A stretch of 64,000 bases of DNA, taken from NCBI RefSeq assembly GCF_009914755.1, contig NC_060926.1, one strand, 5' to 3'. Shown here one piece after another: positions 32,524 to 61,907 of this stretch. A program made the position numbers and the translations under genes. Source of the DNA: the human T2T-CHM13v2.0 reference genome, Homo sapiens. The notes below the pieces were generated by a model. The model ran no database searches, had not been told where the DNA came from, and saw nothing but the letters and a program-made list of their open reading frames with translations. Positions within the stretch are counted from its first letter, which is position 1. Each line of letters begins with the position of its first letter.

Positions 32524-34053
32524 TAATGTTGACTTGCTTTCTTTTCACTCAGAGCAGCGAGCTATTTAAAGAGAAAGGAGTTAAAAGGTGCCCAGTGGAA
32601 AAACCAGGAGTGCGTGATGTCATGGGAGTCAGACAGGAGTCAAGGACGTAGTGTATAGTCCAGTTCCCAGAGTCCACGGCACCTACATGGGTCACTAGAC
32701 CTAGCTGACCCAGGCTCTGTGCCCATTTTTGCATCTGGAACCCTGAGAGACCTTCATGGGAGTAAAGAGGGTTAACAATTAAAATCTGAAGCTCTCTTTT
32801 CCCTCCTGGTTGAGAGAATAAATAGCATGAAGCAAATATTTTTCAAGAGCAAACTTTGGATTATCTTGGTGATAATCTGAATTATCAGCATTTAAAATGA
32901 CTTTCAGAAAATGTCCATCAAGCTTTTACTGTTTTGTCTCATTAAACAATGATATTATTTCTGATTATGCTAGGGCCATAAACCTTCTGTGCGGTACAAG
33001 TTTCTCATGTTTAATGTCAGGTCAACATTTCACAATGCTGAGATCCGGACTCCGTAAAGAAAAGGACTGGCTTTATTTTAGGAAATCAGTGCCCAAAAGC
33101 TTGATGTTTACACAGAATGGTGCTTAATGTTTTCCCACATTTTTGTCAGAGGCCGCTTGGATGCCTTCAGTTATTCGTGCTCTGCCCCAACCAATGTTCA
33201 CACTTTTAAAGAACAGCACCACCTGGGTGTGGACCCAGGTTGCGCGGGGTCTGAAGCTGATAGTAAATTAGGGCCTTCTTAAAATAGAGCACAAAATTAA
33301 GTACAGAAAAGTTGGTATTTACTTAAAATGAGCAAAGAAGGGGAGTTAGATGAGTGCAAGTGAGAGGTCTTGAAGCTTAAGTTTGGTTAGCTTCATAGTA
33401 AGGTCACTCCTGAAGCCACTGAAAACCTGTTCTAGAAATGAGGTGCCTTTCTTTGCCCCACCAGACTTCTCTAGCCCATTCTCTGATGAATGGCTGTCAC
33501 TTCCTGTTTGCCAGCTGCAAACCCTCCCCAGGGTGAATTGCTGTTTTACCCTCTTGTATTACCATGTTTCTCTCCTTTGTCTCAGCTGTGATTTAAATAT
33601 TTTTGTGTTGCTATTTGTCTAGCTGGAGATTCTAAAATAATCCGGGAGACCTAGGACTGTGTCTGTTGTATTTTTCTTGTGGTTGTAGTTCCAGGGCTTG
33701 CCTAAGTGCCTGGTATACACTAGGAGTTCAAATACTTATTGAATGAATGAATTTGGTAAAAGATAAAGGCACTAGTAAGAACAAATTTGTTTTTTATGCC
33801 CCAGAGAAAAATTCCACTGGGTAGAGATTACTGGAGGTTATTTGGGTCACCTGTGCCCATGATAAGAGTTATTCACCCCAGAACTTGCTCTTAGGCATAA
33901 AAAATTGATTCAAGCTTCACCATTCAAAATCTCAGCTTAAAGTGAATTGACAGGAGCAGTATTAACCCTTGCATTTAGCTGTTGAGACCCTTGACTTGAC
34001 TTGAAACCTCCATATTCACGTGCAGATAGAAACGCACTTCAAGTCAAACAAGT

Positions 34054-34399
34054 TGATATGGTTTGGCTGTGTCCTCACCCCAGTCTCATCTTGAATTGTA
34101 ATTCTCATAATCCCCATGTGTTGTGGGGTGGAGCAGGTGGAGATAATTGAATCATGGGTGTGGTTTCCTCCATCCTGTTCTCGTGATAGTGAGTTCTGAT
34201 GGTTTTATAAGTGGGAGTTCTTCTGCACAAACTCTCTCGCCTGCTGTCATATAAGATGTGACTTTGCTCCTCATTCGCCTTCTGCCATGATTGTGAGGCC
34301 TCCCCAGCCCTGTGAAACTGTGAGTCAATTAAACAGCTTTACAAATTACCCAGTCTTAGATATGTCTCTATTAGCAGCATGAGAACAAACTCTAATACA
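34054..34399 (+). mobile_element. THE1 (ERVL-MaLR) solo LTR, complete, sense to SLC3A1
   Basis: Starts TGATATGGTTTGGCTGTGTC, ends CTAATACA; perfect 5-bp TSD CAAGT (34049-34053 / 34400-34404). Confidence 0.95.
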
Positions 34400-35064
34400 C
34401 AAGTGAACTGTGGGATAGTTGTCATTTGGGATCTGTGGCTCTGTTTCCCTCCATAGGTGAAAATTGGCTGTTTAGTACTTTACAGATGGTTCTGCTCTAA
34501 AATGATATATACATTCCTGTGAAACCTTCCATACAGCAAGGGATGAGAAAAGTAGGGAGAGCCACTGTTCCTTTGCAGAGCTTGTGAGCAGGTGCCGGAG
34601 CCGGAGCAGGCCTTGCTGGGAGAGGCTGGCTGTGGGGTTGAGGCAGGTAGCTGAGGCTCAGGACCTCTGCTTTTCACGGTCACCTGGTCCTCCCACCTGT
34701 CCCAGTACAGGCCAGCCTCTGCCTCCACACTTGGCTCATGTTGTCCCATTCCCACCCTCCACTGAAATCCCACCAGGTCATCTAGGTCAAGTTCAAGCTC
34801 TAGCTCTTCCTTCTCCTGCTGTGCCCACCCACATATTTTGAAATGTCTTGAAGCTCTTGCAGCCCTGTAGGCAGAGGTGTCTCCTCTCATGAGGACCTGC
34901 ATTATTAGGTAACCATCCCTTGTCCCACATGTCCCCAACTGTTCTGTAGACCTGAAGCCAGGGAACATGCTGTACTTCTGTAATGTTTGGTCATTCAGGC
35001 TCAATATGTCATTCTTTCATGCTACAATTTGTTCACTAAGTACCAGGTGCTGTTTCAGAGGCCT

Positions 35065-36681
<1,617 letters not shown>

Positions 36682-37294
36682 TGAGTGTATTCAAGACAAC
36701 ACTAGTATCTGAGTTTTACCACAGGATCGTCACTATTCTTAGTTATTTACTTGGTTGATGGTTGATTCTATTTTTTTTCTGTGTGTTCCTTCCATATTAC
36801 TCCTAGCAGGAGATCCTTTAATATCTAAGCACTTCACCTCTCATCTGCCTTCCTAGTAAGGAGTGAAATATTTAACTATTGAACAATGTGTTATTTTCTT
36901 TGAGTTTGCAGTGACAGTTAAGGAGTTGGGCATGAGGGAGATGAGAAACTTTCCTAGTTTATTCTGAGTCCTATCTTTTCTTATGGTTTCATTCTTTCAT
37001 TTTTAGTAGACTCTCTAAACTTTGAAAACATCCTTATAACATCCATTACAAATGTAACTAATTGTAATTCTGAATTCACATATGAAGGAGGTGTGGGAGT
37101 CGCTAAATGCAGTTAGAGTGCATTTTAGTAAGACAGTTATGCTAAATAGATAAAAATAGACTGTGAATACTGTGCTTGTTCTGTATGTAGATATCTGTTT
37201 TATGATGCCAAGTTGTTAACAGTCAAAACTTTGATTAAACGTTGTGATAATAACGTAGTTAATGTAACCAAGCATTTTGCTTCTTCATCTTTAG

Positions 37295-37486
<192 letters not shown>

Positions 37487-38242
37487 TGAGATACCAGTTA
37501 CAAAGATGAGTTTTGTCCTGTGTCTAGCAAGTACCCTGATTTATTTCTTTAGGAAATGTGCAAGAGTTTGAAATGCATATGCACTCGATGTTTTTTTCCA
37601 CTGGTTCCCTCCAGAGCGAGGGATCCCTTGAGGAGTCCTTCAGTGACAAGGGTTCTGAAGACATGGACAGTGTGGGCTCTACCAAGGGCCACAAAATAGA
37701 GGACATTTACTCCTGCAATTTTATCATCTGACATAGGCTCAAGTGAGGAGGCCTTGGCTTGGATGAGATGTAATTTTTTGTTTTGATTCTAGGAGATTAT
37801 TGTCATCCTAGAAAGACATAGAAATGAGACACTGACATAGAAATCCTACAAAGATACAGAAACTAGGAAAAATTTACTGAAACCCCGAGAAAGTATAACA
37901 GTTAGGAGAAAGGATAGTGATGGTAAAGAAACAAATTTAAGTGCATGATGTTAATAGTTTTGTGAGCAGATAAAGTATACATGTAATAATGAGCTCTATA
38001 ACCACTAAGATCTTTTTTTTTGTTTTTAAAAGGGTCTGAAACATTTTGACAATTACGTGTTGAGAACTTTGTAATCAGTGTTTTGCTTGGTAAAATTTAT
38101 TTGCTAAAATGGGTGACAGTTTATTAGAGAAATATTGCTTAGTAGATTTATAAAGTTAACAACTTGAGCATCAAATGAAGCATTCTTCTCCATCCACAAA
38201 ACCATGTTTGAGTGTGCGTCTCGCTTGGCTTGAGCCCTTTGA

Positions 38243-38488
<246 letters not shown>

Positions 38489-38782
38489 TAGTGTGTGATC
38501 TGCAGTGTATCCCTCACAACCAAGTGTATTTGGAGGTTCAAGTAATAATGTAACAAGCCTGCATAACTCTAATTGATTACAGTTTGGTTGTACCAGGGCC
38601 TGCCATATTCCTTTCCTGTTTGCTTATTTTGCTGACTTTCAGTTTCCTCTTTTGTAAAATGATGCAGATCACACTACGTACTTCACAGGAGTTTTGTGAA
38701 AATTAGGTTAATGAAAAAGAGATTATATTAGCTAAATGTTAGCCATGAGCTATTATTTTTTCTTTTTCAAAAACCAGTTCCA

Positions 38783-41303
<2,521 letters not shown>

Positions 41304-41431
41304 ACATTTGGTGACAGCTTGATTATGCTTTCTAGAAGGTGCTAGTCCTATATGGTTAATAGTGTGCATTCAGCCCCTACATCTTGTACATGCAAGATAA
41401 GCAGCTGTGGAGTGCCTTCCCAGTCTTCTGA

Positions 41432-41728
<297 letters not shown>

Positions 41729-42140
41729 TAAAATGCAATGGACCTTTGTCTCTAAGTGACCATCACCTCTGCCTTATTTGGTGATTGTTCAGTGGTCAGG
41801 CCTGTCACAGCCTCTGCCAGGTTCTTTTCATTAAGGGAGGGAGACTGCCCACTGAATGGAATGAATATTGAATGAGTGCTTGTCTATGCTCAGAACACTG
41901 CTAGGCTTTTTGGGGATGGATATCAAACCATAATTTCTCCCCACATATCTCAGAGTTTATGATGTCAATGGGAAGAAAGAGGATTTCGGGTGTAGAAGAG
42001 GTACACAGCAATTCAGGGCAACATAAAACTGTGACAAAACACCAATTTGTGGGGCAGGATGCACTGCAAAAAGCATTTAAACTACAGAGATTGTCGGAGA
42101 AAGAATTTCTCCCCCTTCTGTACTACACTCTTGAAAACAA

Positions 42141-48860
<6,720 letters not shown>

Positions 48861-49849
48861 ATGTCCAGAAGTCTTGAGAAATCAAAGGGTTTCTTGTCAG
48901 AAGATCTCATGACAGTGAAAAGAATAAAAGGATGGAGGCAAAAATTGACCTAATTTTCTGGCCATAAACATAGAAAAATACTTCACAATGGTCTATAAAA
49001 ACGTAATTATAAAGATCATTTTCATACAGCTAAGGAAGTTAAAAAAAAAAAAAACCCAACCTCCTATTTCTTGAATTGTAGCAATTAAGTCTTGTCCTAA
49101 GACTCAAGTTCGAACGCTAGTTCTGTCTTAGACTACTACTTGAATAAATGATGTAATTTCTCAGAGCTTGTTTCCTCATTTGTAAAATGGAGATAGTACT
49201 TGCTAGCACTGTTGTGTGAGGGAGGGAAATATAGGTGTGAAAGTACTTTTTAAAAAGTAAAGTGCCATGCTCAGCGTATGCACATGAGGGTTTGAGTTGT
49301 GGGTTATGGAGAGAGTTGTCAGGTGATTTAAATAAATTCTTATTTAAACAAACTTATTTAAATAAGGGCTAGAATATACCTAGAACGTTTAACATGGAAA
49401 TATATTTACAAATAGAAAACACTTTATAAAATTTCATCTTGGAGTATGTAAATTCTTTCTAAAAGTTGATTTACTTTAAAAATTTTGTCTGAATAATTCA
49501 TAAGTCAAAACAATTTTTTAAAAGAGGACACATCAGAAGTCTCTCATGCCTGTCCCTTTCACCTGGGTTCCCTTGTCTTGCTCTCTGCCACAGTTTTGCT
49601 TCCTTTCCTGTCAATATTCTCTTATCCAAATATGAGAAAATATGACTATGTACCCTCTGAGTTTTATTTGCAATATCATTGTACAATAAATTCTTATCAC
49701 CCTTTTCTTGCTCATCAGTGGCCAAGATAATAAATTGGTCAGTTACACAGCAAATAGCAGGCCTAGGACTCAAGTCCAGGCTTGCTAGTACCAAGGTACC
49801 ACATCTACTTTGTTTTGCTACGTTGTGAACTTTCTGTGAAATAGGGTAA

Positions 49850-50077
<228 letters not shown>

Positions 50078-51152
50078 TGAATACAACTTGACTATTCATC
50101 ACAGCTATAAAACCAAGTATTCATTTTTTATTTTTTGCCAAATCAGAGAACTTACTATCTCTCTATTGCATTGCTGAAAATCATGGTTACTTTGCTTTTC
50201 TTTCTTACTGTTAGTAAGAATTCTCAGCTTTCTTGGTGGTCTGAGAGCTTATTTTAAAAATGCTTTGGAGCCATACAACTAAAAGTTTCTTGGGTAGGGC
50301 ATTTTAAAGATGTTTTCTACCTGATAGGCACATTAAAATTTATTTATTTATTTTGCCAGGAATACTGTGTTGAGAGGCACACTAAAATTGGAGAACCGGT
50401 GGTTTAGTTTAGAATATGATTCATTTCCCTCTACTTGAAATGTGGAGTTAGGAACACTTATTTCTTTAGTTCTCATTTGTCCTGTTTGGTCTTGGGTGAC
50501 CACAGCACAAGGACCCTTTTCTTTTCTGTTATCAGGTGCAGTGCACAGCCTCAGAGTTAAGCAGTTTTTATTTTGTAGCTACAGATTTCAGAATTGTGTT
50601 GCTGGGTAGACGACTATCTTGCAACTTTAATTGCCTAGTTAGCTTTCAACTATATGAGATCCAATTTCCCTAATATTTGATTAAGGTGAAGCTTTTTTCC
50701 CTCTATCAGCTCCTACATTTGTGTGTGTGCACTCATGAGCAATAATCAGGCTGAATAAACGAGTAGGACAGAATTCATACTCACTTGTACATGGCAGTGT
50801 TCTTAAATTCACCAACACTGTACCATAGTAGAAGTCGTGTAAACTGGCAATAGCACATTTTGAAATCCTGTATTATTGATTTTTAGGAAAAAGCAGCAGA
50901 GATTTCAAGCATGTATTAAAGTTCGATTAGTATTGTCTATTCAAACTCAAAATGTTATTAGGTACTTTCTAGTTAAAAGGGTGAAACTGGTTTATGTACC
51001 GAAAGTTGAGGCCTTTTCATCACAAATGCTAATGAGTACAAACACTAGCTAAGAACTATGGGGAATTAAATAATTATGAAGTAAATCAGGACCAAAGCAC
51101 ATTTCTTCTAATAACCAAACCACTGTTTTCCCTTTCTGGTCTTTTGACATAG

Positions 51153-51344
<192 letters not shown>

Positions 51345-51911
51345 TGAATGTGTCTAAACCTTAACGGATACTCTTTAAATCAATCACAGACTTCCTTGCA
51401 GTTTTCCATTTGTAAGGAGTTTGTAAATCATGCCTTTGTGAAAATACAAACTGGTACAAATCTACCAAGTGAAGTGAAGTATCATATAGAATATACAAGT
51501 CTTCATTGCAATGACCTTTACTAAGGCCTTTGAGCTATGAAGGAAATTTTATGAAGTTTTTTAGCTAGCCCAGCTGCCTTTCCTCCTCTCTTCCCCTCAA
51601 AAGGCAGGGAGAGAGGCGAGTGGATAGGCAGCCATGCAGGCAGTAAGGAGATCAATCAATCAACCCAGAGCAAGGCTCAAATCCACACTACTGTTCTGAA
51701 GAAACAGAAGCCATACATGATCCTTAAAGTGGTTGCTCTGGCATACTAATACAACTTTGGCTTTTACCCTTTTTTCTGTTCCCATAGTGATCAAGCACTA
51801 ATGTCATTCACTAGTGAAAACTTCACTGGAAAACAAACTAAACCAATTTAGGGGAAATGAAATTATAGATGCCACATGGAGATACTTAAGAAATGCATAG
51901 CACTCTCTGCC

Positions 51912-51929
51912 ACACACACACACACACAC
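51912..51929 (+). repeat. (CA)9 microsatellite
   Basis: CACACACACACACACACA read directly. Confidence 0.85.
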
Positions 51930-52232
51930 CATGCCCATCCCACTCTACTGAGTAATCTGAGGAAACTCCCCAGGATATTCAGATATAGAAAGCCACACAA
52001 ACCCTCCTGCTCCCACAGCTCCCTGCTACAAGCACCACTGAGAATTCTTGGATAGTATAAGCTTTGTTTTATATAGTTGTAAGTCTTGAAGACACAAAAT
52101 ATATGGGTTGAATGCCTCTTGATTCTCATTATGTCTAAAATATTCCCATAGGCCAAGGCCAATCTGAATACAGTATGTAGGAAGTCCTACATAAAAATGC
52201 ATACCAGCAAAGATGGAGAAAATGCAAATTAA

Positions 52233-55712
<3,480 letters not shown>

Positions 55713-56983
55713 GCAAAATTTGTTTTTAATAGAAGACACAAGAAATGATTTAAATATCTTATCAACAGAAAACCAGTTCTATCAACTATGGGCCCAGTAT
55801 GCAGCTTTTAAAAATGACAGTTCTATATACATTGATATGAGACCATTTCAAACAGGTATTCAATAAAGTATAGAATGGTAACATATCACCAACTGTGTAA
55901 AGAAAAATATATAAACATATGTTTGCATAGGCACAGAATGTATCATTTCATATGATACATTAAAAACAAAAGAACATATAGTGCCTGTCTCTGAGGGGAA
56001 CTGTGAAGCTATGGAAAGGTGTTGAAGAAAACCTTTTTATAGTATGTATTCTTGTAATTGAATAAAAAATAAAATTACAAAAATCAGGCTTGGAAGTATT
56101 TAATAGCAGACAAAATATAGTTCAATATGAAAAGCATTATATGAGACAAAGGCAATTTTCAAAAATTGATAAAACATTCCACCAAAAATCATGACTATGC
56201 ATCTAACAGCTTCAAAATATAGAAAATACTCAAATGCAAAATCAACAAATCTGCAATTACAGAAAAAGACTTCAACATACTTTTAGAAAGTAGTAACTCA
56301 AGTAGACAATAATAGCTAACACTTACCGGGCACTTCTTATGTGAGTGGCACTGAAACATGTGCTTTCATGCATTACCTAAGGCTAGAGAAAATGTTAATA
56401 ACTTAGACAAGTCATACATGTATCATAAATATCTTTGTACCTGACAAACAGAATAAACATCTTTTTAAACACCATTAGATAATTATTTAAAGACCACATA
56501 TTGGGAACCTACCCCTAAAGAACAATAACAACCACAATAACAACTATCACCCCAGTAAACATGGCTGGCAAGAATACAATTAAATGAACATTATCACTGA
56601 TTTGGCAACAGCTCTTATGAAGAATAATTTGGCATTATGTATCAAGTGCCCATACTCTTTGACAAAGTAACTGTCTTTCTGATAATCTATCTTAAGTAAT
56701 ACAAAAATGGGGGGAGGGGAATAAAAATACAAAATATTAGAAACACTATCGTCAAAATGAAAGGGCATGGCTGAGTATGGTACAACCGTTCAACAGAATA
56801 TTGTCATTAAAAACATGGAGGCTATATTATATAGTCAATAACAGAAAATGCTTGAAAGGTTAGAAGTACATCATCAAATTATGTTTTATATAGCTGTAAA
56901 ATAAACCCAAATCATCTTCAATGAACACATACTATTATGGTAAAAAAAAGTCTACAATTTCTAACTTTCACCTTAGGCAGCTT

Positions 56984-56989
56984 TTTATT
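56984..56989 (-). terminator. PREPL: Candidate PREPL distal poly(A) signal (AATAAA on minus) inside SLC3A1 intron 9
   Basis: TTTATT on +, followed on the minus strand by a U-rich tract. Confidence 0.5.
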
Positions 56990-57515
56990 TTGCATCCTTT
57001 TTTTCAACTTTGTCTTCTATTAGCTGTGCAAGAAATACATGTCTGCTAAAGTTACACGATCTTCGCACAACAGCAACCTACACATTAGTCTACAAAGGGG
57101 AACAAACCCAAATTCCTCAGAAGTCTGAGTCCACTGTTGCCTTCTTTCTGGCCATCTGGCAGTTACAATATAGCACAGAATGACTATGCAAGTTAAATAT
57201 TCATCTTAGACATGGACATTTGCTTTGGGACTCCTAAAGTGGAGTCAAATTTGATCTCTACAGAAACTCTACAATGTAGCAGAGCACTGTGCGTACTTAT
57301 TGACTCCCGGACAAGCCGAAACCCCGAATTTGTCATTTCTATCAGTTTTTATATAAATTGTTCTTACCTACTTATTGATGCTTACAATTTGGCAATTATA
57401 AGGGGCAAAATTGGAGCAAGTGTTTTGGGTAAATAACTCCTTACAATATATTAAAAATACTTACAAACAATTCTTAGAATCAAACACTTACGTAAATACT
57501 TTTTTAAAAAAATAG

Positions 57516-57956
<441 letters not shown>

Positions 57957-58120
57957 GCACCTTTATGAAGAGATGAAGACACTGGCATTTCAGTGGGATT
58001 GTAAGCATTTGTAATAGCTTCATGTACAGCATGCTGCTTGGTGAACAATCATTAATTCTTCGATATTTCTGTAGCTTGAATGTAACCGCTTTAAGAAAGG
58101 TTCTCAAATGTTTTGAAAAA

Positions 58121-58126
58121 AATAAA
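58121..58126 (+). terminator. SLC3A1: SLC3A1 proximal poly(A) signal AATAAA
   Basis: First AATAAA after the stop codon (165 nt downstream); would give an mRNA of about 2.3 kb. Confidence 0.8.
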
Positions 58127-58165
58127 ATGTTTAAAAGTAAATTATGGCTTATAGGAGCTTATAAC

Positions 58166-58171
58166 TTTATT
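58166..58171 (-). terminator. PREPL: Candidate PREPL proximal poly(A) signal (AATAAA on minus strand)
   Basis: TTTATT on +, about 500 nt downstream of the PREPL stop. Confidence 0.55.
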
Positions 58172-58672
58172 CAGATAGCATCAATCAGGGATGACCAGAA
58201 CACATTAGGACCCCAGATTATTCAAAAACTTTAACGAATTTTAAGGGGAAGAATTTTATCTTTTCCCTTAAAATGCAGTCATAGAAATTAGAGGATGACT
58301 CACTGCCACAGTGTCTAAAAGCATTTGCTAGCAAAGAGGCAGGACACTAATTTGTAAACTGCTCAACTGTTCTGACTGGAAGGGAGGCCTGGAGCTCTGC
58401 TATCACCAATCCTTCCCTTCCCTCTACTCCACATCCTTCTAAGGAGCATGATTTGAAAACTACTTTCCTAGGTTAATGGGCATGTGCATCAATGGAGAGA
58501 ATAGTATAAGCAAGTGAGATGTAGACTAAGCAAAATTTAGATGGAGAAGCACATTTTAAAAAATTAATAACTTAAAAGTCTCAAGTTATTAATTTTTTTT
58601 TTGCTAACTCAATTGGAAGTAAGACTATGAAATATTTCAGTGTGTTTCCAATTCCCAGTTGAATGCAGTGTT

Positions 58673-58762
58673 TCAGAATTTCAGGTATTTCTTAAGATCC
58701 TCGAAAACACTGGTGCTGTCAAGTCCAAGTTCCTCGTACAGGAATTTAATTTGGGCTGTAAT
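58673..58762 (-). CDS. PREPL: PREPL (prolyl endopeptidase-like) last coding exon
   Basis: Minus strand: ttag|[32 protein letters not shown]. Confidence 0.97.
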   Translation of the reverse strand: [29 protein letters not shown]

Positions 58763-59143
58763 CTAAAAGAAACACATTAAAAAAATTAAACAGAAGGCCT
58801 TTGTAGTAAAATGCCACTGTTTAAGCTTCTCTTTATCTATCCATCTTTACCTAACCGTGAAGTCAGCAATTTATGGCAAGAATACTTTCATTCGAGAGAG
58901 AGGCAGAAGGCTTCCAACAATTAAGATTAAATTATTTTCTTTAACAGAGCTCACGTATCAAGTACAAGAGAGAGACATTTCTCTTGATTGACACAGTGTC
59001 CCTCCCTCCCCTCCTGGGTCTCACCCATAGATAGGACATTTGTGAAGTGGCTTTGTCATAAACCTGCTGCAACCACTGAAAATGTGAAAACAACATGTAT
59101 CTAGTTCGGGAATCTGTCCACTGAGAGGGCCTTGATAACATAC

Positions 59144-59217
59144 CTTTTTGTGAGAATCCTCAATTACATGATTGCCTCCAGGCTGAATATCTAGAATAAT
59201 ATTAGGGGTCTGATAGC
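59144..59217 (-). CDS. PREPL: PREPL penultimate exon (74 nt), catalytic His motif GGNH
   Basis: ccag|[25 protein letters not shown]|gtatgt. Confidence 0.97.
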
Positions 59218-59913
59218 CTGGAAGAGTTAACATGTAGAACAATTAGAAGATTGTATGGGATCTTCTTTGGAAGATCGAGACCCATTCCTCCCCTCTTCTT
59301 TGAGTACTCAGTTCAAATAATAGTAAAGGAATAAAAAGCAAAAACCACCATCATCAACAAAAAGATGGGAGGGGACAAGCAGCAGAAGACAAACTTCTGA
59401 CACAGCAAAAGCAGGAAGAGGCCGTATGGAAAAGACTATATGGTGCCACACGGACAAGGTTGAAACCCAGGAGATCATCAACCTGCCCTGTGGAATCTGA
59501 GAGTCTTATGCCCTGGAAACACCAACTACAGCAATGGATGGGGGTGACAAATGGAGATGAATACAGGGAGACTGATATGGCATGTAGTTTCAAGGCAAAA
59601 GGGAGGGATTCTTATCTCATAAAGCTGAAACAGCTAGCTAGAGGAAATTCATGCAGCTAAACAGTTTGGGCACTGATGGCCCAAAACAAAAATCTCAGAA
59701 TCTGTCTTTTAGAGATTCCCAAGAATAACGGCTCAATAAATATTGTTAAATGAATTAATAATTGTATGGCAGTGCATCTCCAAGTTATATCTGATTCTTA
59801 AATTTCCTGTTTCCTTTGTGTCCTGCCTATCTATTTTAATACTGTCCTTTGAAAAAGAGGTGAGGCAGTGTATGTATAGACATGTAGTTACGTACACTTT
59901 AACTGGGGAGTCA

Positions 59914-60198
<285 letters not shown>

Positions 60199-60548
60199 TT
60201 ACATTATTTCTTATGGTCCCTTGCCACTATAGAGACTATGAAAAATAATTACCTCCAATTTTTCCCTGTAAGTGCTCTATGCTTTTTCTCACTTGCTATC
60301 TTGAGAGCGCCTCAGTATTACAGTAGTAGACTACTTGTTATCTGGAATAGCCTTTTCTTGACTAAAGGACCTTAGCTAATTTAGTAATTAAGGCATGATA
60401 AGTCTATTCCTCTGAGGTATTAAACATGGAGCATGAGCAGAGATGGTGCTGAAGATATTTGGGCATCGTAAGTAGAAACATCTCTAAAGCTCCTATTTTT
60501 GCTTCAGCTTGGATAAGTTTTTTTTTTATTATCTTCTGTGTAAATTCA

Positions 60549-60728
<180 letters not shown>

Positions 60729-61029
60729 CTAAAAAAAAGGCAAAGAAACTTATACTTCAAGTAAGAGGTTGGTAAGTGAGTTTCAGAAAAACATTCTATT
60801 TTATGAATATACATACTAATATGAGAGAAAATAACTCAAGCCATGTAGATTCCTAGGAGCTAGAATACTCAGTCCTTAACCAGGGCCTGTAATTTATAAC
60901 CTACTTTTAAAGTCTTCAGATTCCTTAAATGACATATAACAAGAAATGGTTTATCTTCTAATTTCACAATATTTATTTTTAGCTTAGTACCTTTTATTCA
61001 TTTATATTTTTTCTTATATAAAAGCAATA

Positions 61030-61750
61030 AATGCTACTGTCTCATACCAATTAGGACAGTTAGTTATTATATTAAAACAACAACAACAACAACAAGTATT
61101 GGCAGTAATGTGGACAAACCGGAATCCTGATACACTGGTGGTTGGAATGTAAAATGGGGGAGCTGCTTTGGAAAACAGTATGGTGGTTCATCAAAGAGTT
61201 AAGCTTAAGATTACCATATGATCCAGCAATTCCACTCCTGGCATATAATCCCCAAAACTGAAAGCAGGGTCTTAAAGAGATCTGCATACCTATGTTCACA
61301 GCAGCATATTCACAACAGCCAAAAGGTGGAAGCAACTCAAGTGTCCATTAACCAAAGAACGAATAAGCAAAATGTGGTATACACATGCAATATTACATGG
61401 AATATTATTCAGCCTTAAAAATGAATAAAATTCTGATCCACGCTACAATATGGATGAACCTCAAGGATATAATCTAAGTGAAATAAGCCAGTCACAAAAA
61501 ATTTTGTATGACTCCACCTATGTGAGGTGTTTGAGTAGTCAAATTCACAGAGACAGAGGCTGTGGGAAGAAGCAAATGGAGAGCTGTTTAATCGGTACAG
61601 GGTTTCAGTTTTGTTAAGATGAAAAACGAGTTCTGGAGATTGACTGCATAAGCCTATGAGTGCACTTACCACTACTGAACTATTCACTTAAAAATGGTTG
61701 AGATGGTAAATTTTATGGTATTTTACCATAATTAAAAATTTTTAAATGAA
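61030..61750 (+). mobile_element. L1MB-type 3' end in a PREPL intron
   Basis: TTACCATATGATCCAGCAATTCCACTCCTGG ... CACTTAAAAATGGTT. Confidence 0.85.
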
Positions 61751-61907
61751 AAAAATACACAAGGAATAAAGTCTTTTTGACCAGTTGGACATTTTATATT
61801 AAAAGCAAAAAACGCTAAGTAAAGAAACTCTGCAAAATACCCAAGGTGAAAGAAGAGAAAACAACCCATTGGCTTATAATTAGTGTTACAAAATTTAATA
61901 AAACGAA

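Noticed and set aside
34480-35004. 174-aa minus-strand ORF
   Set aside because: Non-ATG start, no recognisable homology or splice context; compatible with chance.
49325-49366. 14-bp palindrome CTTATTTAAATAAG within short AT repeats
   Set aside because: Expected at this frequency in AT-rich intron; no supporting context.
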